A stretch of DNA of 64,000 nucleotides, taken from the NCBI GenBank assembly GCA_963749075.1, contig CAVVLJ010000016.1, positions 416,001 to 480,000 of the forward strand. Reading direction: 5' to 3'. The notes under the pieces are model-generated. The model was not told where the DNA came from. It saw only the letters and a program-made list of their open reading frames with translations, and made no database searches. Source of the stretch: an uncultured Pseudomonadota bacterium (GTDB lineage Bacteria > Pseudomonadota > Alphaproteobacteria > JACZXZ01). The position numbers and the translations under genes were made by a program. Of this stretch, positions 57,202 through 64,000 are shown one piece after another (within the stretch, counting starts at the first letter, position 1; the number at the start of each line of letters is the position of its first letter).

Positions 57202-58545
57202 ATGGCTCTTCTCCGGCACCTCGGGCGGCTCGCGCGCGCCTTCCGCCGCGGCGGCGCGCCCGATGGTGCCGTGCCGGAGCGCGCGACGGCCGCCTATCCG
57301 CGTTTCGTGCAGCTCGGCGAGACGCGCTCGCGGCTGCTGCCGGCCTTGAAGCCGACGCCGCTCTCCCTGCGCTACTTCAGCCGCACGCCCTATGCGCGCC
57401 GCGCCATCAACGCCATCAAGAACCCGGTGGCTCAGCTTGCTTGGGAAGTGGCGCCGCGGCGCGGTGCGGAGGCGAGCCCCGAGCTCCAGCACCAGATCGC
57501 TGTCGCGACGCGCTGCCTGGGCGAGCCCAATGCCGAGGACAGCTTCCGCTCGCTCATCGAGCAGGTGCTCGAGGACGCGCTCTGCGGCGGCGGCGCCATC
57601 GAGGTCGAGCTCGGCCAGGATCCCGAGCGTCCGCTCTGGCTGTGGCCGGTCGACGGGCTCTCGATCCAGATCTATCCCGGCTGGAGCGGCACTCTGGGCG
57701 AGGCGCGCTACCTCCAGACCCTCGGCTACGGCGGCATCGGTGCCACCGACCAGGGGGTAGCACTCCTCGACGAGGAGCTCATCTACATCCGCCCCAATCC
57801 CTCGACCGCGACGCCCTTCGGCGTGGGCCCGCTCGAGATCGCCTTCACCTCGGTGAGCCGGCTCCTGGGCGTCGCCGAATACGCCGGCAACCTCTCCTCG
57901 AACACGCGGCCTGCCACCATCCTCGACCTCGGCGAGGCGGCCTCGCCCGACGAGCTCGCCGCCTTCCGAGCCTGGTGGAGGAACGACATCGAGGGCCAGG
58001 GCATGATGCCCATTGTGGGCGGCATGCAGAAGCCGCAGGTGCTGCGCCTCGCCCCCGAGGGCGACGAGGCGCTCTACCTCAAGTACCAGGAGTTCCTCAA
58101 GGCGGAGATCGCCGCCGCCTTCGACCTCTCGCCGCAGAACCTCGGCAAGGAGGCCAACGTGAACCGCTCGACCGCCGAGGTCGCCGAGGACCGCGACTGG
58201 GACCAGGCGATAAAGCCGTGGGCCGGCCTCATCGCGGCGCACCTGACGCAGGGTGCCATCGCCAAGCGCCTCGGCTTCTCCCAGCTCGAGTTCCGCTTCA
58301 CCGGCATCGACCGCGAGGACGAGCGCGAGACCGCCGAGATCTTCCAGATCTACTACCGCAACAACGCGCTCACGCCGAACGAGCAGCGCGCGCGCCTGGG
58401 CCTGCCACGGCTCGCCTCGCGGGTGGGCGACATGACCGCGGCCGAGGCCGCACTCATGCTCGCGCGCGCGGGCGTCCGCCTGCCCGCGGCCCGCGCCCAT
58501 CCGGCACAACCCTCAGGAGAGAAGGAGGACGACCATGGCTCGTGA
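57202..58545 (+). CDS. Phage portal protein
   Basis: Follows terL; LWPVDG, IYIRPNP..PFGVGPLE, IAAAFDLSP..LG, NRSTAE, LTPNEQRARLGL. Confidence 0.88.
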   Translation: MALLRHLGRLARAFRRGGAPDGAVPERATAAYPRFVQLGETRSRLLPALKPTPLSLRYFSRTPYARRAINAIKNPVAQLAWEVAPRRGAEASPELQHQIAVATRCLGEPNAEDSFRSLIEQVLEDALCGGGAIEVELGQDPERPLWLWPVDGLSIQIYPGWSGTLGEARYLQTLGYGGIGATDQGVALLDEELIYIRPNPSTATPFGVGPLEIAFTSVSRLLGVAEYAGNLSSNTRPATILDLGEAASPDELAAFRAWWRNDIEGQGMMPIVGGMQKPQVLRLAPEGDEALYLKYQEFLKAEIAAAFDLSPQNLGKEANVNRSTAEVAEDRDWDQAIKPWAGLIAAHLTQGAIAKRLGFSQLEFRFTGIDREDERETAEIFQIYYRNNALTPNEQRARLGLPRLASRVGDMTAAEAALMLARAGVRLPAARAHPAQPSGEKEDDHGS

Positions 58546-58843
58546 CATCCGCACCATCGAGGTGCCCGACGGCGCCACCCCGCAGCAGGAGGACCGCGTC
58601 GTCGTCGGCATGCTCGCGGGCGTCGCCAACGGGGCGGGCTCGGGGGCAGGGGCCGCCGTCGCGGTGGCGCTCGCCGGCTTCGCCAACCTCCCCGCGAGCT
58701 ACTCGGTGCTCGTCAATCCCGGCCAGGACGCCACCTGGTACGTGGGCGGCAAGGGCCCGACCGGCTTCACCGTGACGCTCACTCCGCGCCTCGCCGCCAA
58801 TACGCTCGCCGCCGGCAGCTTCGACGTGGTGATCGTGGCGTGA
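58535..58843 (+). CDS. Small phage structural-like beta protein
   Basis: AGGAGG RBS; LPASYSVLVNPGQ..K.PTGFTVTL..GSFDVVIVA. Confidence 0.65.
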   Translation: MARDIRTIEVPDGATPQQEDRVVVGMLAGVANGAGSGAGAAVAVALAGFANLPASYSVLVNPGQDATWYVGGKGPTGFTVTLTPRLAANTLAAGSFDVVIVA

Positions 58844-59096
58844 GTGGTGAGAGCGACCTGCGATCGACGACGGCCGAGCTATTGAGGTATTAGGACAAGC
58901 ACACCTAGTGCCGCTTCACAAAGGAATCGACTCGATTCAACTCGATACAAATTTGAGCAATAAAATTACAATATTTAGGGCGCGCATGGGCTTCCTTTGC
59001 CTGTCGCGACTAAGCTGGCCCGATGGTTCAAGAAGGACGCGTGAACAACTCCGACCACGTGACTGACGGCCAGCCGGTTTGACGGGAGCGGGAGCC

Positions 59097-59462
59097 ATGG
59101 CTACACGCGAAAACCCGCAACCGGGCGTCGGCATCGTGCGCGTCGCCGACGGGCGCGGGCGCAGGCTCGGCTTCAAGCGGCCGACCATTCTCGACCGCCT
59201 GCGGCTCTTCGAGCTCATCGGCGGCGAGAGCGCGGAGAATCCCGCCTACCTCGGCGTCGCGGGCACGGCTTTCTGCCTCGTGGAGATCGACGGCGAGCCG
59301 CTGGCGCCGGCCAACAGCCGGCGCGAGCTCGAGACGCGCGCGATCATGATCGGCGACGAGGGATTCCTCGCGGCGGGCCGCGTGGTCGCGGAGCAGTTCA
59401 CCGCACCGGGCCCGGACGAGCGCCAGGAGGCGCAAGCGGAAGTCCTACGCTCGCCGCCGTAA
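59097..59462 (+). CDS. Phage tail assembly chaperone-like protein
   Basis: GGAG RBS; V.DGRGR.L...LDRLRL..G...EN..Y...V.IDGEP...IGDEG pattern recalled from myophage tail chaperones. Confidence 0.55.
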   Translation: MATRENPQPGVGIVRVADGRGRRLGFKRPTILDRLRLFELIGGESAENPAYLGVAGTAFCLVEIDGEPLAPANSRRELETRAIMIGDEGFLAAGRVVAEQFTAPGPDERQEAQAEVLRSPP

Positions 59463-59545
59463 GCGCGAGCGCATTCGTACTTGATTTGTTCAAACATCCA
59501 CCCTAGGTTGAATGAACGTCGATCCGCGCAGCACCGGAAAGCCGG

Positions 59546-60367
59546 GTGCCGAGGCGGTCGGCGCAAGCCTGGCGGAGTGGTGCCGTGGGTTGGCGGCGAT
59601 TCATCGCGCGCGCAGCGAGGGGGAGGGCGGCGACGGATGGCGCTGACGGCGGCGCGGCGCGGGCGCGACCCCGCCGCCGCCGCTGGGCCGCGGCCGCGCT
59701 CGGTGCGCTGGCGCTCGCCGCGCTGTGGTGGCTCCTCGTGCGCGAGAGCGCGCCCGCGACCCTCGACGTCGATATTACGGACACGCCCACGCCGGGGAGC
59801 CCCGTCACGCATCTCAGGATCCCGAGGCCTTACTTCTTTTGGGCGATGATGCCCGACGCGCGCGAGGAGCCCCTCGTGGAGCTCGTCGCCTATCTGCCCG
59901 GCCTTCTCTCGGAGAAGGATGCGAAGCGCGCCGGCTACCCGACCGTCCGGGAGGTCGTCAACGGCATCAAGCTGCCGTCGGACAACCAAGTGTTCATCAC
60001 CGTCGAACAGTCCGTGCCGGACCTTGTGAATAAATTCTTTCATGTGCTGACCGCGCGGCCAGAGGTCAAGTTCGATGGTGCGCGAGACGGCACGTATCAG
60101 GTCTATACCATCACGAAGAAGAATTTTTCGGGGAATTACTTCTCCGACCCATTGCAGGGCGAATATCTCGGGCCGATCGGCCGCGACAATCTTTTCATTG
60201 AGTGCGGCTCTCTAAATATGTCGCCAGACGATACTGGCTGCGAAGTCTATACCCAATTCAGCGACAAGCTGGAAATGCGCTTCTCCGTCACCCGAAGCCG
60301 TCTTGCCGAATGGCCGAGCGTGGAGGAGAAGGTGAAGAAGCTCGTGGCATCCTTCGTGGTCGAGTGA
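59546..60367 (+). CDS. Membrane-anchored immunity-like protein, paralog 1
   Basis: Basic N-terminus plus one TM helix, C-x10-C near the C-terminus, RLAEWPSVE.KV..LV.SF; start uncertain. Confidence 0.75.
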   Translation: MPRRSAQAWRSGAVGWRRFIARAARGRAATDGADGGAARARPRRRRWAAAALGALALAALWWLLVRESAPATLDVDITDTPTPGSPVTHLRIPRPYFFWAMMPDAREEPLVELVAYLPGLLSEKDAKRAGYPTVREVVNGIKLPSDNQVFITVEQSVPDLVNKFFHVLTARPEVKFDGARDGTYQVYTITKKNFSGNYFSDPLQGEYLGPIGRDNLFIECGSLNMSPDDTGCEVYTQFSDKLEMRFSVTRSRLAEWPSVEEKVKKLVASFVVE

Positions 60368-60417
60368 GTGCTGCAAGGCGGGGAGAGCCGGCGACCGGAA
60401 CACGGTAAGGGTCGGCG

Positions 60418-61152
60418 ATGGGGATATTCGGAGGCACGGGAAAGTTTCCGCAGAAGTCGCGCCGCCGCTGGGCCGCGGCCGTGCTCGGTGCGCTGGCGCT
60501 CGCCGCGCTGTGGTGGCTCTTCGTCTGCGAGAGCGCGCCCGCGATCCTCAACGTCGATATCACGGACACGCGTACGCCGGGGAGTCCCGTCACGCACCAC
60601 AGGATCCCGAAGGCGTATTTGGACCGCTCGATGATTCCCGATGCCCGCGAGCAGCCCCTCGTGGAGCTCGTTGCATATCTCCCTGACCTCCTTTCGGAAG
60701 AGGACGCGAAGCGCGCGGGCTACCCGATCGTTCGCGAAGTCGTCGGCCGCTTCTCGCTGCCGTCGGATAATCGTGTCGATTTGACTGTGCGGCGGTCCGT
60801 GCCGGAAGGCGTCATTAAAGACCTTCACGCGCTGATCAAAGACGATCACGCCAGGTTCGATGGCGTGCGAGGCGGCGCGTACGAGGTCTACACTATCACC
60901 AAGAGGAATTTCTCGGGGAACTACCTCCCGGACCCGAGCCAGGGCGAATATCTGAAGCCGATTGGCCGCGACGATCTATTCATCGCGTGCCGCTCCCTCA
61001 ATATGGCACCCGAAAATGCGAGCTGCGACATTTACACCCAGTTCAGCGGCAAACTGGAAATCCGTTTTCTCGTCACGCGCAGCCGGCTTGCTGAATGGCC
61101 GAGCGTCGAGCGGAAGGTGAGGAGGCTGGTGTCATCCTTCGTGGTGCAGTGA
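60418..61152 (+). CDS. Membrane-anchored immunity-like protein, paralog 2
   Basis: Colinear paralog of the neighbouring ORFs. Confidence 0.8.
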   Translation: MGIFGGTGKFPQKSRRRWAAAVLGALALAALWWLFVCESAPAILNVDITDTRTPGSPVTHHRIPKAYLDRSMIPDAREQPLVELVAYLPDLLSEEDAKRAGYPIVREVVGRFSLPSDNRVDLTVRRSVPEGVIKDLHALIKDDHARFDGVRGGAYEVYTITKRNFSGNYLPDPSQGEYLKPIGRDDLFIACRSLNMAPENASCDIYTQFSGKLEIRFLVTRSRLAEWPSVERKVRRLVSSFVVQ

Positions 61153-61202
61153 GTGCCGCGCGGAGAGTAGGGCTCGCGAGCGGAGCACCGTAGGGATCGG
61201 TG

Positions 61203-61940
61203 ATGGGGATATTTGGGGGCACGGGGAAGGTTCCACGGAGAGCGCGCCATCGCCGCCGGGTTGCGGTCGCGCTCGGCGCGCTGGCGCTTGTCGCGTTGTG
61301 GTGGTTCCTCGTGCGCGAAAGCGCGCCTGCGATCCTCAACGTCGATATCACGGACACGCGCACGCCGGGGAGCCCCCTCACGCATCTCAGGATCCCGAGG
61401 GCGTATTTGGATCGGTCGATGCTTCCCGACGCGCGCGAGCAGCCCCTCGTGGAGCTCATCGCCTACCTGCCCGGCCTCATCACGGAGGAAGAGGCGAAGC
61501 GAGCCGGTTACCCCACCGCGCGAGCGGTCGTCGATGGCATCAAGTTGATGACGGATGACGAGCTCCCGATCACTCTCTACAACTCCGTGCCAGACGGGGT
61601 GAGCAAGTCCTTCCACGGAATGATCGGGGAGCGAGACGTGAGGTTCGACGGCATACGAGACGGCACCTACGAAGTCTATACGATCACGAAGAGGAATTTC
61701 GCCGGGAATTACTTGCCAGATCCGAGTCAGGGCGAATATCTGAAGCCACTGGGCCGCGACGATCTTTTCGTCGAGTGTCCCTCCCTCAATATGCCCCCCG
61801 AATATACACGCTGCAATTTTTATATCCAATTTAGCGATCGTCTGGAAATCCTATTCATACTCGGGCGCAATCGTCTAGCGGAATGGCCGAGCGTCGAGGC
61901 GAAGGTGAAGGAGCTGGTGGCATCCTTTGTGGTCGAGTAA
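61203..61940 (+). CDS. Membrane-anchored immunity-like protein, paralog 3
   Basis: Colinear paralog of the neighbouring ORFs. Confidence 0.8.
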   Translation: MGIFGGTGKVPRRARHRRRVAVALGALALVALWWFLVRESAPAILNVDITDTRTPGSPLTHLRIPRAYLDRSMLPDAREQPLVELIAYLPGLITEEEAKRAGYPTARAVVDGIKLMTDDELPITLYNSVPDGVSKSFHGMIGERDVRFDGIRDGTYEVYTITKRNFAGNYLPDPSQGEYLKPLGRDDLFVECPSLNMPPEYTRCNFYIQFSDRLEILFILGRNRLAEWPSVEAKVKELVASFVVE

Positions 61941-61986
61941 CCGATACCCGTCTTCGCCTTGAACATTATGGAATCTAGAAAAGACC

Positions 61987-63309
61987 ATGCCCGAGCAAAG
62001 CAAACGTCTTACCGAGGCGGATCTGGCGAGACTCAAGGCACTCCTCGACGCCCACGACCGCGGCGGTTTCTACGTCGAATATTGGCGCCTCACCGGCAGC
62101 GAGGAAGGCCTGCTGCAGGCCAACGTCGCCACCTTCAGCGGCTACATTGGCGGCATCGCGCTGAGCGTCAACATCGATCTCCAAAATGACCTGAAGGCGC
62201 GATATAAGGGGTTATTTGAAATATCTCAGGATGTGGCGAAATCCTTCTATGCCGCTGTGGAAACCGACGTCCGTGCCGGCGGGACCGGCCACCTGACGGA
62301 TCTTGCAGCGATAGACAGCGCCAAAAAAGCTTGGGAGGACCTGGTTCTCTCGAGATTCTTTCCCGGCAATCCGATCGACGCTTTTATCCATGCCATTCAC
62401 GGCGACTTCAGCAGGCTTGACGAGATCGTATCCCCGGGATCGGGTTACGCCCTTGCCGGCTATCTCGCGGAGCTCTACGGCTGGCGCTATGGCAAGCGGG
62501 CGTCCGACTTCGAAGGTCTCGCCGGCTATACCACGAAGATGGTGGAAGGCCCCGGCGGCCAGCGGATCAAGACCATCCTCGATCCCTCGGGCAAGACGGT
62601 GTTCGTCGAGAGCCCGCACCAGTATTTTCAAGACGTGCTGCCCGACATCGACCAACCGGACGCACAGCTCCCGTACAGCTTAAGCCGCTTCAAGGAATTT
62701 GACCGGGAATTTCGCGTCGAGGCGGATGAGAGCCATTATCCCTTCGGACCGGAGCACGAGCTCTGGCGGCCGCTGCCGCCCGGCATCGCCGACCGCGACC
62801 GCGCGAGCCAGGCGGCGCCGACCATGCCGGCTCCCGCACCCTTGCCCGAGCCGCCGCCCTTGCCGCCCTGGGGCGAGGACTTCCACGAGCTCATGCAGGA
62901 GCGCGGCCGGCACTTCCTCGGGCTCAGCCCGCGCCAGGCCATGTGGACCGGCGACGGAGACGGCGATGCCGCAGCGCAGTTCGCCTCCTTCGATCCCGAT
63001 GGCGCGAGTCCCGTCGGCGTATCGCTTGCGGAAGCTGACGCCGACGGCGAGGAGCCGGATGACGATGGCGAGCCGGACGGTCAGCCGCTGGCGAAGCTGG
63101 ACCGCTCCCTCGACGGCATCGCCCGGCAGCTCGGGGAGATCATCGCCGGCCTCGACGCCCAGTTGGCGCTGCGCCGGCGGCGCGCGCGCGAGATCGTCCG
63201 TGACGTCGAGGCATGGTTCGAGCGCGAGGCGAACAAGCCGCGGAACTCCTCCTGGCGCTACGACTTCCGGCGCACCTACACCCCGCCGGGTCCGGTGCCG
63301 CCGATGTGA
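61987..63309 (+). CDS. Putative effector/toxin: helical N-domain, Pro/Asp-rich linker, phage-like C-terminus
   Basis: 440 aa; lower-GC N-half LTEADLARL..DRGGFY..Y..TGS..LLQA..FSG..GG.A..N; high-GC C-half ending WFEREANKP..YDFRR..PPG. Confidence 0.7.
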   Translation: MPEQSKRLTEADLARLKALLDAHDRGGFYVEYWRLTGSEEGLLQANVATFSGYIGGIALSVNIDLQNDLKARYKGLFEISQDVAKSFYAAVETDVRAGGTGHLTDLAAIDSAKKAWEDLVLSRFFPGNPIDAFIHAIHGDFSRLDEIVSPGSGYALAGYLAELYGWRYGKRASDFEGLAGYTTKMVEGPGGQRIKTILDPSGKTVFVESPHQYFQDVLPDIDQPDAQLPYSLSRFKEFDREFRVEADESHYPFGPEHELWRPLPPGIADRDRASQAAPTMPAPAPLPEPPPLPPWGEDFHELMQERGRHFLGLSPRQAMWTGDGDGDAAAQFASFDPDGASPVGVSLAEADADGEEPDDDGEPDGQPLAKLDRSLDGIARQLGEIIAGLDAQLALRRRRAREIVRDVEAWFEREANKPRNSSWRYDFRRTYTPPGPVPPM

Positions 63310-63360
63310 GCGGGCCGCACGGCACCGCCGCGCGACAAATAATTGCCAGGCTCATCAATT

Positions 63361-63441
63361 CGCTTGACCGGTGGCCATCGCTCGGCTAGGATGTTGCCAT
63401 CCTGAGATGCTGCGCCCGCCGCCCGGCGGGCGTTTTCGTTT
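63361..63441 (+). promoter_or_regulatory. Promoter-pause-terminator cassette, copy 2
   Basis: TTGACC-17 bp (GGTGGCCATC)-TAGGAT, CCATCCTGA, hairpin CGCCCGCC/GGCGGGCG plus TTTTCGTTT. Confidence 0.75.
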
Positions 63442-63529
63442 GCGGACACCGCTTCGTTTGCGGACACCGCGCGCCCTCGCGGGCCGGCGCGGTGCGGGCG
63501 CCTTCATCCCGACCAGCACGGAGAGAGAC

Positions 63530-63829
63530 ATGGCCAAGAGCGAGCCCAAAGGCTCGGCCGATGCGGCCGCGCGCGTTGGCGTGAGGACGCCGGCCGCGGC
63601 CGCAGCGCCGGCGGCGCCCCGGACGGCGCCGGCCGGCGAGCCGGGCATGATCGCGCTGGTGAACGCCGCCGCGGCGGCGGCCGAGCGGGCGCGCGAGCGG
63701 GCGCGCGCGGCCTCGCTCCACGGTCTCGCGCTGCGTCTCGCCGAGCTCAAGGAGTTCGCCCTTCGCCTCGAGCCGGGCGAGGACCGCGAGGTGGCCGAGC
63801 TCCTCGAGATGCTGAGCAGGCGCATTTGA
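63530..63829 (+). CDS. Hypothetical protein (phage-associated)
   Basis: GGAG RBS; 99 aa, helical; directly after cassette copy 2. Confidence 0.55.
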   Translation: MAKSEPKGSADAAARVGVRTPAAAAAPAAPRTAPAGEPGMIALVNAAAAAAERARERARAASLHGLALRLAELKEFALRLEPGEDREVAELLEMLSRRI

Positions 63830-63851
63830 TGCGGGCGGCGGGAGAGCGGAG

Positions 63852-64000
63852 ATGACCAAGCTGAGCAAGATCGAGCGCGCGGCCCTTCCCGACAGCGCCT
63901 TCGCCGTGCCGGGGAAGCGCAAGCTCCTCATCGAGGACGCGAGCCACCTGCGCTTCGCCTGGGACGAGCTCGAGCGCACGCAGGACCTCACCGAGGCTGA
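63852..64000 (+). CDS. DUF6582-like phage head-module protein (partial)
   Basis: MTKLSKIERAALPDSAFAVPGKRKLLIEDASHLRFAW; runs off the window. Confidence 0.7.
   Translation, partial: MTKLSKIERAALPDSAFAVPGKRKLLIEDASHLRFAWDELERTQDLTEA

Noticed and set aside
59546-61940. Diversity-generating retroelement acting on the three paralogs
   Set aside because: No reverse transcriptase is in the window, and differences are spread over whole genes at all bases rather than confined to adenines in a TR/VR pair.

Overview
High-GC alphaproteobacterial DNA; the 16S sequence looks Rhodospirillales-like. From left to right the window holds: a NitT/TauT ABC transporter (2 permeases, 2 ATPases) with LysR, TSUP, GcvT-like and PanB-like genes; a two-gene GrrA/GrrM(OscA/OscB)-type cyclophane RiPP locus whose precursor has a dense W-x-N core; an enolase-superfamily enzyme with a polar amino-acid ABC transporter; a complete suf operon flanked by two decayed toxin-partner pairs; hydroxyproline catabolism genes; an rrn operon (16S-tRNA-Ala-23S-5S-tRNA-fMet) studded with heptamer-repeat hairpins, one of them inside 23S helix 25; Wzm/Wzt, TolC and GT32; a small tyrosine-recombinase islet with an archaeal-like PurM; a frameshifted GGT; two tandem QueG/RdhA-like Fe-S proteins; and DmpA. 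From about 53 kb onward is a phage-derived element. It has two copies of a promoter-pause-terminator cassette suggestive of antitermination control, and terS/terL interrupted by a 2-kb insert between 110-bp direct repeats. It then carries a portal, a tail-chaperone-like gene, three diverged immunity-like paralogs and an effector-like ORF in the slot normally taken by the tape measure. This element is the best candidate for an undescribed system. All family assignments come from motif recognition, not database searches. Several single-base frameshifts may be sequencing errors.
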